Positions 47,368 to 60,516 of a stretch of 64,000 nucleotides of DNA are shown piece by piece. The DNA is taken from contig JADEYG010000007.1 of the NCBI GenBank assembly GCA_016906335.1, positions 1,984,001 to 2,048,000 on the forward strand. The letters run 5' to 3'. The notes beneath the pieces are model-generated. The model was not told where the DNA came from. It saw only the letters and a program-made list of their open reading frames with translations, and searched no databases. Source of the stretch: Novakomyces olei. Lineage: Eukaryota. The translations under genes were made by a program, and so were the position numbers. Each line of letters begins with the position of its first letter. Position 1 is the stretch's first letter.

Positions 47368-47961
47368 AGTGCAGAAGTCTTAAATGAATGGAGAACAGAT
47401 TAAAAAAAAACCACGAATAGGTTGAGTAGTTGTAAGAGTTCAAGTCGGGCTGAAAATGTGACAGAGACGGTTGTAGGAGGAACGAAACGAAGGTCAAAGA
47501 AACCAAAGGCGGAGGAAAAGACCTAAGAAGAACGACTCGGCTAATTGCTCAATCAAGTCTGAAATTGAGTGTGAACGTGAGCAGTAGATGATTCGGCCAC
47601 GCCGAGGCAAAGACCTGGTGCGTGGACAGCAGCTGATAGCGGCTGAGCGATCAAACACGAGAGACTAATCTGACCGTAGAATGCACTTGATCAAAGCTGC
47701 CCTGACGAAATTGAGTTTAGACGACGATTCAGCCTTGAAGATCCCTGCACGCTCAATTTAGCTGATAGTCAATCAAAGATCGACGGACACGAGCAAAGGC
47801 AGCACCGAGAAAGAGAAAGAACCCGAGAAAGAGAGTGTTGAGGTAAAGATTGAAAGTGGCAATACGAGTGCCTTGAAAGAGTGTATAGTTTTATCTTGAA
47901 TCCATTTACCGCTTTACAAAAGTTGTCTCCGCTGTCTCCTGTGTTTATTCCAGTTTTACAT

Positions 47962-48031
47962 GCGCGTGAATACGCGTCCACCCTGCGTATTAGTCACGTG
48001 ATCTATGGAGTGCACGTGACTTTAGGGTTTT
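47962..48031. promoter_or_regulatory. Motif cluster upstream of the TEA gene: MCB-like CGCGT sites, two CACGTG boxes and TTAGGG
   Basis: GCGCGT at 47962, ACGCGT at 47972, GTCACGTGA at 47993, CACGTGAC at 48013 and TTTAGGGTTT at 48021. Confidence 0.5.
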
Positions 48032-48615
48032 CGTGTTCGACGTGTTGAGGCACAAGTATTGTTACATGCAAAGATTTGCACGTCGTCTAAAGTAAATTTG
48101 TGGGCATTCGGTATTGTAGTAGCGATATTAATATTAAGTAAGTGTCCCTGGCTTGGAAGATACACGCACAAGCCAGCCAAAGTGATAGCTTTAAATGGCT
48201 CAACTTACAATTTCAATGCAACAAAAGTTAATAATAACCTCTCGCGATTTTGTCTACAATTAGAAATTAAACTATCGAGAAAAGTTGCTACTTTAGTCCA
48301 CAGTAGATCAGCGATTGTCGGTTCAATCTATGTATGGATTACACAGCCTGTTGCTAATTAATCTGAATTTTCTCATCATGTCTTGCGTTTCCTACATTTC
48401 ATCATGACACTAAAACAAAAGAACAAAAATGGTTAAAAAAGGCTCACTAGGCACAAAGCACAGAGAGATATTAATAAAAATCATCAATATAAATAAATTG
48501 ATAAATAGACAAAAGTGCCAGGGAACCAAGATAAAATTGAAAAAATATTAAAAATAAATAAACTCTAGATTTAACCATTTTTTGAAAAATCTCTTTAGTT
48601 TTCTCTTTTGTTAAT

Positions 48616-50085
<1,470 letters not shown>

Positions 50086-50496
50086 TGTGCTGCGAAATAG
50101 CACAAATGCACTTGGCTAAAAATTCTTAAAAATATGCGATATACACAAATGTTCACTGATAATTTATCGAGCAAAATTATTTAAAATACAATAATGATAA
50201 GAGTAGCAGATGATAATAAATATACATCCATATGATAGATAAATAAATAAATAAATAATTCTATATAAACTAATCAATATGTATTATACATACGAAGATT
50301 ATCATATTTCATTTTGAATCTTCAAATCTTTAAAACAGAATACTATAAAATATATTTTTTATTAATAAATCGTGTACCTAAAACTGCCTTCATTCATAAT
50401 ATATAAATCTCATAATATATACATACATCTCGACATAAATCTGATTCAGTCTTCTATATTAAAATGCTTTTCAAATGCTCTAAGATGGTTTTGTAG

Positions 50497-52203
50497 TCAT
50501 AATTGATACTCCTCTCCCTGTAAGACAAACTGTCTCAAAAGATGCGGCTCCAGCTCAAAACGTTCCGCAATTGCTTGCAATTTCGAACGCCATTCTTCAT
50601 TACTCAATTGTCTCCAGGCTTCTGTAGAAGTTTCCGGTTTAGTCATGCTCACACGCTCCTGGAAAATATTTCTGGCCACTTCTAATTCCTCCACAAAGCC
50701 CTCTGGTATAGGCCCAAAGACCAGTTTTGTTTTTTGAGGGCATTTGGTAAATTTATTATTCGAAATGAGTTCGATCTGTAGTCTATAATCTGGCATTGCC
50801 TCGGCGTTTTGCAAAATACCCTCAATACTTCCGTATGTTCTTATAAGGCTGTGCGCCCTTACAATTCCGATCCGTGGAATTGTCGAGCAAAAATCTGTTC
50901 CACATAAAATACAGAAATCCACAAATTGCTTCTCATCTAAACGCAAAGCCTTGAGAACGAGATCCGGATTAATCAAATTTTGTATCGAAGATCGCATGGC
51001 AAAGTGTTCAACGTCGGTATTGGCTTTTCGTAAAATTGGTGTAAAGCCCGTTAGCAAGGGTGCTCTTTGCACAATAACGTCACTGTCCTCACTGGCCACA
51101 ACGTCAGCCAATCCTCTTTTTACAAGTTCCGAGGCAACTGATTCACCTTCATAGCCAGATGGTGCCTCTATTAAAGGAACCATGAATTCTTCACAGATCC
51201 CCAAAATACAGCGTTTGACTTTTGGTGTTATACGCCTGGACTGCTCTCTCATCATGTTTTTAACAAGCTTTAAGGATTCGTCAAGAGACGAAGTAACATC
51301 TGCGCTGTCAGACGTAAAAGCTCCATTCAGAGTTCTCAAGTCTCTCGCTATTTTCAGTGTATATTGCCGACGGATGAGCTCATCGATTCCTGCAGATATA
51401 ATTGTAAAGCGCTTGTTCGCCTCGCTCAAATGTAAAACATTTGTTTCATCCAAGCCATCTTGTATTTCTGCCAGTCGCTTATCCATTTCACTATCCAGTT
51501 CTGAGACTTCAGAGCCACTTGCCTCTTCTTGAATTTGTTCTAACTGCATCTCCCCTTTATGGTCAATTTGCAAACCTCCAGATAGCTCTGGAGACGGTAC
51601 GAGTTGCGTCTCTGGTTGAATTAGCCCTTGCGCAGGTTCTTGCACCGGCGTTTCTACTGGCTCTTGTCTTGACTCCACAGGCTCGGCCTCCTCCTCTACT
51701 TGATCCAAGCTTAGTAGCTCTGACGCTTCAGGCGGTGTGAGAGGAGTTCCTGCAAGATCATACTCTGCCTTTCGCACCTTTTCAATGATCTTTGACTGAT
51801 AGGAAGGAGGAAGCTCTTTAAAGTGTGCAATAAACTCAGGTAACCTCGCTAGCCATCCAGCTCGACTTTGTTCAATTTCAAATAATTTAGCTCTACGCTC
51901 CCGCGAAAGCGAACGACGCATTCGCTCTTTTGCCTTTGCTGGATTCGATTCTGGTCCGTCGTAAACAAGTAAGGGTTCAACCCCCAATGTGCGACAGGTT
52001 TGAAGGAAAGAAAGAGTCATGTAGACGTGCCAGTTGTGCTCAATAACATCGTACGCTGGCGACATTGACTCACGGTGGAAAAGCAGAGTCCCATCAAAGG
52101 CAATCGTTCGAAGCCCTTCGGACTTTATTACTCGAGGAGTCAAGCTAGTGACAGCCCCAGGAGCGTAATCTCTAATGAACCTTAAAAGTCGCCTGACCCC
52201 CAT
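50497..52203 (-). CDS. XPG/Rad2 (FEN1-like) 5' nuclease with a long internal insertion
   Basis: MGV start, AFDG, VYDG, EGE, SEDSD, CILCGTDF and H3TH IPRIG..RA..LIR.YGSIE. Confidence 0.85.
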   Translation of the reverse strand: MGVRRLLRFIRDYAPGAVTSLTPRVIKSEGLRTIAFDGTLLFHRESMSPAYDVIEHNWHVYMTLSFLQTCRTLGVEPLLVYDGPESNPAKAKERMRRSLSRERRAKLFEIEQSRAGWLARLPEFIAHFKELPPSYQSKIIEKVRKAEYDLAGTPLTPPEASELLSLDQVEEEAEPVESRQEPVETPVQEPAQGLIQPETQLVPSPELSGGLQIDHKGEMQLEQIQEEASGSEVSELDSEMDKRLAEIQDGLDETNVLHLSEANKRFTIISAGIDELIRRQYTLKIARDLRTLNGAFTSDSADVTSSLDESLKLVKNMMREQSRRITPKVKRCILGICEEFMVPLIEAPSGYEGESVASELVKRGLADVVASEDSDVIVQRAPLLTGFTPILRKANTDVEHFAMRSSIQNLINPDLVLKALRLDEKQFVDFCILCGTDFCSTIPRIGIVRAHSLIRTYGSIEGILQNAEAMPDYRLQIELISNNKFTKCPQKTKLVFGPIPEGFVEELEVARNIFQERVSMTKPETSTEAWRQLSNEEWRSKLQAIAERFELEPHLLRQFVLQGEEYQL

Positions 52204-52769
52204 TATGCATGTACAACAATAGACATTCAATTTTAGAAAAGGAGCATTTTTAATTGAAGCAAAATCTGGCCCTGACGCACCAAAACAAGCTTGGTCAGCG
52301 AGATTACGGATACTGAGTTTGATAATTGCTCAGGGGAGCAACGAGAATGCAAAAGGCATTTTGCCTTATTTAACATTGTTTAACATTGACTCTGGGGAAA
52401 ATACTGGCGGACTATATGCTCATCTTGTATTTATTCTTATTCAATGGCCAACATCAAGTAACAGCACAATGAGAAATGTTTAGTTCTTGAATTTAACTTT
52501 AAATTTGTATAGTCAAGAGGTTCCGTTCCTTTATACTCTCGGTCGGTATATAACATTATTGATGGTGCTGAAATGTTACTACTTCGTACAGCGTAACATT
52601 ACTACAAGTCACCAACGAGCAAGACAGCATGGAGCAATGTTTGGTTTAACGTGCTAGTATTATACAAGATTGCCACAGTGGCGAACACTGACAAAGACAA
52701 AAGCCATACTGTGCTGATCGATTCATGACTCATTAAATAGGCTGTATCAACATTGACTAAATTGCTCTA

Positions 52770-53153
52770 TTATGAGCCCCGATAAGTAGAGAAACTGTAG
52801 GGTGACATAAGAATAGGCACATGGTAATGCTGATCAGGGCTAGCGCGAAATGGTATTTCAACTGCCGGGAAAAAAGTCTCCAAGCCCTGTCGCGTCCAGT
52901 AAGATTTTGTATGGAACACAAGCTTGTACAGTGTATCTTTCTCTGTTACAACGACGTCATTGTCCCATTCAATAACGCGTCCTTGAGCGTTTGTGGTGGC
53001 AGTTGCAATTACTCTGGTCTGCGCATCACTTTCACTATACGGTCGCAACTCTACTTTAATCCCGTCCGCTGGCACTCCATGCACCTAAATTGTTAGACAG
53101 GTCGACAAGTTAGAAAGTACAGTATTGAGAACGTGGCATGTGATTGCCGGCAT
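52770..53153 (-). CDS. 5-hydroxyisourate hydrolase (transthyretin-like)
   Basis: ITCHVLNT / G.PA, TNAQGR, FFP.VEI and HYHVPILMSPYSFSTYRGS; intron 53120-53085. Confidence 0.95.
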
Positions 53154-53577
53154 GACTATTAATCTGTCGGTTTCAATTATTGCCTTTGTTCTACGTGGGA
53201 ACGTTATAATTTAAAATTTATTTAACAGAGGTAAAGCGATCGATATGTTGCTCTTTCTTTTTATTTTTCTCGCTTATATGATAAACTTTATCATCTGCAT
53301 AATGTGGTGCGAAATTTATGCATGATGAGACAAAAATTATAAGGGGTAAACCATAAATCCATTAAGTTACAACCGGCATGTTTATCATTTGGAATTTGGC
53401 CAAAACGATAATTGACTACTATGTTGCACACACGCTACCTTTTCATCAAAGGGGCTATCCAAAAATTCTCGATGCAAAAAGCATGCAAAACGCTCACTCA
53501 AATTATACCAAGATACTTGGCTGCTTGCCAACTTTACAAAACACCAAATAATTTCGCTTTAATCTCTATAAATTTGC

Positions 53578-54808
53578 TCATAGTCTCCGTCCCGGTACAA
53601 GAACGAATATAAGCGTGAGCGCTGCAGTTACCAGCACAAACAGCGCGAAAACCCAGAGCGACCGCACAAGTATTAGCCGTCGAACATAGGGCTCACGGAT
53701 CCGCATAAAATGACAAAACACGGTTTCTGAGAAACCGGAAAAGCCAATTAGCGGATCAAGGTGGAATTCAAAGCTGACGAGACAATAGACGCCGATAGCA
53801 AATAATAAAAGGACCTTTACAAATTAGTTATGAAACAAAAAGGAGCAGCTTTACCCATAAGCGCGTAGCCTGCGGCTTGTAGTCGAGAAATATTAATACA
53901 AACCCGGTCCACAGTCCTCCAAACAAGCAAAAAACGCCCATTAATAGACGCAAGAAAGCAGATAAAGGTACGAGGTTCCCTAAAGCCTTTGCTTTGAGAA
54001 ATTTGGCATATGCATTATGCTCGATAGCTTGAAAAACATAGCTTCGTACATCATCAAAAACCTCAGGATCATCTCGACCCTCCAGCTCAATTGCACGTCT
54101 AACCGCATTCACAAGAATTGGAGGCAAAGCAACTTCGCGTTCTGATCCTGGACTAAGGTAAGTGTAGAGAATACGTTCAGCCGAGGCAGTGATATCAGAT
54201 CTTTGTACTGAATGCTCATCAGCATGGGAGCTTTGAGCCGCAGACGATAATTCAGAGGCGCGTTTATTAATTGCCTCCTGTGCTGAAGTAGAATTGCCCA
54301 CAAACCCCGTAGAGTTTCTGTCCTTTGGGACGGCAGACGCGTACTGCGAAGTAGAAGAAAGCCGTTTGTTTTCTGTTGGTACTCCATTTTCATATAAAGC
54401 AGAGTACATTTTCTCATCGTCGTCCAAGTCAGAGGCAAGCTCTATATCAGCGTCGTCTGCATTTAAAGCCTGTTCCTGTTCAGGAGTCTGATTCAACAGG
54501 GACCGTCTCAATTCTCGGATGTACAATCGGCAAAGCGAAGTGTGCTGGCTTATATCCAGCCACAGATCCAAGTCTTGCAAATCAGCCCAAAAAAAAAAAA
54601 AAACAAAGCAAAACAGAGAGAAAAGAAGGAAACAAGAGAGACTCGGCTCTGTAACAAGGCGAAGCTTACAATCAACAGACCGGGCAATATCGCGCATATA
54701 AATGTAAAAATTGAACAAATCGACTGGCGGCTCACTCTGCCGAGCCAAAACTTCGCCGAGCCACGGCAGACGCTGCTCCCGGGGCATTGTGGCCGTGTCG
54801 CCTCCCAT
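53578..54808 (-). CDS. RAX1: RGS-domain membrane protein Rax1 (polarity/bud-site selection)
   Basis: RLP.L.EVL.R.S.PPVDL..FYIYMRD..RSVDYLD.WLD, GRDDPEVFD, TM segments, IREPYV and terminal VPGRRL; two introns. Confidence 0.9.
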
Positions 54809-55534
54809 GTCGGATTCAATTGGCAGCCTCGTTTCCAGACTCGACACTTTTCTGATCCACCTCCTTTTACACTCAATGTGAAAGTAAACAAAAACAAGAA
54901 TAAATATCACTATTGGAAGTAACGTGTACCAAAGGCGTTCCTCATGTTTTTTACAAGTAAGGAAGCAGGCACGTATATTAATAGTACTCACACAATCTAT
55001 ATAAAGCGCAATGATAGTACAAATGGATACGGTATTATTACGCAGAAAATGAGCAGTCCAATTTTACAGCACAACAATATAATACAACAAATAAATCCGT
55101 GCATTACCATTCCCAACAAACCTTTTTCTACGATACATTACTACGATACTTTTACTTCTATACTTGTATTACTATACTTTTACTACAATACGTGGTACAA
55201 TGCTTTGGTACTATACTTCCACTACAATACTTGCTATAATACTTTTGCTACACTTTAAAAACCTTACAAATTGGTAAACACCAAACGTAATTGGTCTACC
55301 CCGGTTCTCACACAGTACAAACAGAGAAATTGTTGCGCGCTGCCTTTTAGTCATTTCATGTTCACCGGCTCAGGATAAAATTGGGAGAATATTGACAGAA
55401 ATTCCGAGGAAATATTGGCTGACCCATAAGCATATAGGCATTGGCTATTTTAAATCGAGATATTGACTGCTTTACTGGTTTTATTTCATTTTAATCATTG
55501 TTTTTTTGTGCCCACGCCGCCGGCACAAGGTTCA

Positions 55535-56725
55535 ATGGCAGACTCGTGGCCTATTTTCGAATGGCTTTTACGGTTTCCCCTTTTGCAATGGCTGCTATCG
55601 CACCTTGAAGACATTCTTATTCGGAGCATACGCCACGGACCGCTTCCGAGGCATATTGCACTAGTAATGGATGGTAACCGTCGCTTCGCAAAGAGGCTAC
55701 ACCTTGAAACGATTGAAGGGCACTCGCAGGGCTTTGAGTCTTTGAAATTGGTACTTGTCTATTTTATTATTTAGATTGTAAAATGCTTTTAATATTTTAT
55801 CCTGATTATATTCTTTCTGCACAAACGTCAGCGACTAACCTTTCAGATATTAGAGGCCTGTTTAAAACTCGGAATAAAGGAGGTTACAATCTACGCCTTC
55901 TCCATTGAAAACTTCAAACGGTCAAAGTATGAAGTCGACCTGCTCATGGATCTAGCGAAAACGCATTTGCAGCAGTTTTGTGCTCACGGCGATTTGGTAC
56001 AAAAGTACGGAGTCCGTGTAAAGATCATCGGCAAGAAAGAGTTGATCAAGGATGACGTTCGGCAAGTATGCGACAAGGCAGAGGAGTTGACTAAACAAAA
56101 CAAAAAGTAAGGATAGTAATCATAGCCTTTACGCTGTTTTAACTATTGGCAACTAAATACATCAGCCTTGTACGTTTAACATTTTGTTGTTACTACACTA
56201 TGCAGCCGCGCAAGACGTGCTTTATTCATCTCAAATACTTTTCAAAATTTATTGCTACTTTCAAGTTTTGGCTAACACATCAAGCGCGGTGTTGAATATT
56301 TGCTTCCCTTATACCTCGAGGGACGAGATGACCGTGGCCGTCCGGAGAGTCGTTGGCCAAGTTGAAAGGCGGGAGCTCGACATTAACGATATCACAACAG
56401 AAACCATTTCGCAAAACATGTATACTAGAAATTGCAGTTCGCCCGATATTCTGATACGGACTTCTGGAGTCGAGCGGCTCTCTGATTTTTTGCTTTGGCA
56501 GGTTCGTGTTTCTTTATGAAAAATCTAGTCTTCTCTCAAGATATTTTCAATTTTCCCTTTACTGACTCTTGACTTCAGTGCCATCAAAATACACTAATCC
56601 GGTTTGTCCGATGTAACTGGCCCGAATTTAATGTATGGAGGTTCCTGCCACTATTAATCGAATGGCAATTAGCGGAACGGACAATCAAGAAAGGCGGAAC
56701 CAAGAAACGGCACATCACTTATTGA
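55535..56725 (+). CDS. RER2: cis-prenyltransferase (dehydrodolichyl diphosphate synthase)
   Basis: PRHIALVMDGNRRFAK, YAFSIENFKR, PYTSR, PDILIRTSGVERLSDFLLWQ and WPEF; three introns. Confidence 0.94.
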
Positions 56726-56962
56726 TGCTAAAGGCTCGTTTGCATATTGTCATCATGTACAAGTAGAAAATAATTCAATTATTCCCGTTTGACTTTCCTA
56801 TTTCTATACCTAAAAAAGCTTCGTCTACGCCATGCCACCAAGATGATGATAAAATGCAACTTTTATGAATATTCCAGTGCAAAATTTTGTAAAAAGCAAA
56901 GCAAACCTATGCTGAAACTGCTGTTAAATCTAGATTAAATCATGCAGTTCTCAAATAAACCA

Positions 56963-58922
56963 TCAATCCCACGCAAAACCTAAATTTTCACGATTATCAT
57001 CAAACACACGAGCGTATTCCAGTAAAAGCAGCAAAACGTAAGACTCCATATCTTGTCGTCGCAGAGTAAGAGATGCCCATTGTTGACCTGCTTCTGCTAT
57101 ACTTTGAGCCAGTTCATCGTGCCCGTCTAAGCCTTTAACTCCTGCCTCCTTGTAGCCAATGAAGAACGCTAAAATAGAGTGTAATTCATCGTAGCGCGTA
57201 TCAAGCGGAACAAAATGATACCAAGGAACAAGACGGGAATCGTGCCATTCATTGTACAAAGTCTGTTTTATAGCCAAACTTTTAGAGAACTGGAAGGCTC
57301 GAAATCGCGCAGAGAACGATTGCCCGTCTACGTCGACAAGGTACTTGTACTCAAACTGGCCAGCCATGGTTACAGATGGCACAATACTAAACTCTTGTCT
57401 AAGAGCATCACAACCCGTCCCGCACAGCGAAATTTCGGTAAAACCAACATTCGAATGGGCATCGAGAAACTGGGAAAAATTGCAGCGCTGAACCTCATAA
57501 GGCTGCAGGGAATCATGCGTATAATCTGTCAGCAGTGTTATATTTGCCGTATCGATTTTAGAGGAATTCAGCATTGAAACGAGACGGTTACGCTGCATGC
57601 CGCGCCAATTATCTGGTGTGTAGTATCCGCCACTCGTGACTCCACGCCAGAAAATATTGTTTTGCTTTTCGTGCCACGCAACGTCTTTTTCAGGTGTGTA
57701 ATCGTACCTTTCATCGTTTCTGTAGTACATTGTTCTGTAATTAGAATGAAGTTTTATAAATAAATATATAAAATAAATAAATAAGACCTTACGCAGGAAA
57801 CACAATGTCATTGTTTACGGATAGCTTGCATTCGCTAAACACAGGAACAAACTCGTGACTGGTCACGAGGGAGTTTGGCCCAATCAAAGCTCCATGTAGG
57901 TATTGAACGTCCGGCCGCTTGCATAAATCCAGAGCAGAAGACATATTACTGACAAAATTGCCAGGTTGCACGTTTTCGGCATAGAAATAATCTTCTTTCC
58001 CCGTCCACGCCGGAGAATCAGGAGCACAGCATTGCTTTATAGCTTGGAAGCAAGGCTTTCCTCCATAATTTGTCCATTTCACATCAGTATCATCCTCACT
58101 CAGCTCGTTTTGATAAGGACTAAAGCCCGCAACTGGTTCTTTTGCAACCTTTTTATTCTTTGATTCAGCCGCTATAGCTTCTGCGACCTTTTCAAAGGGC
58201 ACCATAACCCTCGGCTCATCAAACTGATTCACGTTTATATCCATGTCCGGTAGCAAATGTATAAAGTTTTGTAAAAGGTTGTTTAATGCTCCGCCACGAG
58301 CATTTTCGTGACTAAGCACACTTTTGCCATTACGAACCTGTATTTGACAAATATCCGGATTGAACTTCAATCTTTGGGCTCGTTTACGGATTTCCCGTGG
58401 TTCCAAGGCCCAGTAAGGACGTAAATCGCGGTTAACTTGACTAAAAATATCGGTAAAAACGGCACCGTTGTCCGTTGAAAACGTCCACCACTCATCAAAA
58501 CGTGGAGGCGGAAGACGACCTTGTTGCTCTATGTATCGTTTGACTGCTTGCCGAAGGCTTCGTGGCTGATTTGCCCGTAAATCAAAGGCTTTGCGCTGAG
58601 CTTCGCCGATAAGAGCGGTAATAGGATGAAGATCAAAAGACGGCTTGCGCTGGTGTATTAGTACATTGAAAAGAGCTTGAAGGAAATGTAGTAAAAACAT
58701 CGCTAAAAACAAATAAACTAGACAAACGAAAAGCGAAACAGTAGTGATCTTTTTGAACGATGGTACCTCTTGTGCTCTGTCTCCCGCTGGCCCTAGCTTG
58801 AACTTCTCGTGTTGAGCAGGTGGAAATTTAATGTCGCTATAATAGTAGGCGCATGAGAAAGTTAGAGCAAATAACAGAGCTGCAAAAAAGGCAATGGTGT
58901 ATGCCCGCGCTCGGCGGATCAT
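56963..58922 (-). CDS. Glycosyltransferase family 90 (CAP10/Cxt1-like beta-1,2-xylosyltransferase)
   Basis: N-terminal TM anchor; GRLPPPRFDEW, LPDMD..VN.FDEPRV, FWRG.TSGG, YKYLVDVDG.SFSARF and WHDSRLVPW.HFVP; two introns. Confidence 0.88.
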
Positions 58923-59291
58923 TGCGCAAATTTGAATACAGCGTCGTCTTAAAGACTCAATAAATTAGACGATAAGTCTGAGCAATAGAGGGCGACCGCA
59001 AAATTCCAGTTCCTTTGGCTTCTTGCTAAAAGAATGTAAAAGACAGGCAACTGCAACTTAAAGCGAGTAGAGCAACAGTTTATTACAGGCCAACTATTGT
59101 TTCCAGTGCCGACTCTGCCAAAACGCGAGGCTGTATGCAAATCCGTTTGGGTTTTGCTCGGTATACCTGAATGTAGCGTAAAACGGACCCACTTTGATCA
59201 AATGCTCAGTTGTTCTCTGAAGAGACAAAGTGTAAACGCCATCTCGGCTGTACCTTGGGCATTTTCGCATTCTATGTTTAACGTCTAAGAT

Positions 59292-59443
<152 letters not shown>

Positions 59444-59506
59444 TAGCGTTGATAACAAAAAACGTTGATAATACGAGAAAATCTGGAATTCCAGGACTTG
59501 TTAGAT

Positions 59507-60399
59507 ATGTTTAAAAAGTAGGCAAATTAAAGTCTGTGAGCCAGCCAATGTTGCTAACCTTTTCTCCAGTTTCAAAGGCAGATCAGACGTGAAAAATGCC
59601 ACACCAGTCAAATCGTCGCTTCAGCGGAACATTCGATCGCGCGTGCTTGAGACGTACCCGAAGCTAGCTGACGTTATTGACGTGGTTCTGCCCAAAAAAT
59701 CACAGCTGGTACAGCTCAAATGGTATTCAGCTCGAGGTGGTCTTTGCGTACTGACAAACTTCAGTGAAGATAGGATATCGCTCTATACTCTTGACGACGA
59801 AGTTCTCTTTTTCCAGAGCTTTGATGACCCGTTATTTCCTTCACTATGGCTAGTGCACAAGTGTACGCTCACGTTTCCCTCATTTCCTCTACAGAGTCTT
59901 GAGAATTATCTCTGATTTATTTATTTATTTATTTTTAACAATTAAATTTACCGAACAGTCCCCGAAGCTTTCCCGCACGTTCGTGTAGATCGTGGAGCTA
60001 TCAAATTTGTTCTTTCTGGCGGTAGGTCTATAATAATGAGCACCAACACTAATCGGCTTTATAGCCAACATCATGGTGCCCGGCCTTACTTCGGCCGGTG
60101 GATTCTTGCCTGAAGACCTTGAAAAAGACCAGATAGTTATTATAACTGCAGAGGGAAAGGAGAACGCGGTTGCCATTGGCAAGACAAAAATGAGTGCCAG
60201 TGAAATGTATGTGGGAGCTTTTAGTTTAATCTTCAAATAATCACCTGTCTTTATCACTTCAGACTGACACTTAAAGGCGAGCGGCAAATAAGGGCATCGG
60301 TATTGAACTAATCCATTATCTAAATGATAGTCTGGTATGATATGTATACCCAATGAATCTGACCTTTTTTAGTGGAAATTCTCGCCGGCATCTTCATAA
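59507..60399 (+). CDS. TMA20: Translation machinery-associated protein Tma20/MCT-1 (PUA domain)
   Basis: MFKKF, [35 protein letters not shown] and KGIGIE.IHYLND.LW; six short introns. Confidence 0.94.
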
Positions 60400-60516
60400 T
60401 GTTCTTATATGTAATATAAAAGTCGCGTTCTTTTGAATTTCCTTCGATCAATTAGTGTGACCGGTTCTTCCTTAATTTTCTGGCTTATTTGAATTAAATA
60501 AATTGTCGAATGATTT

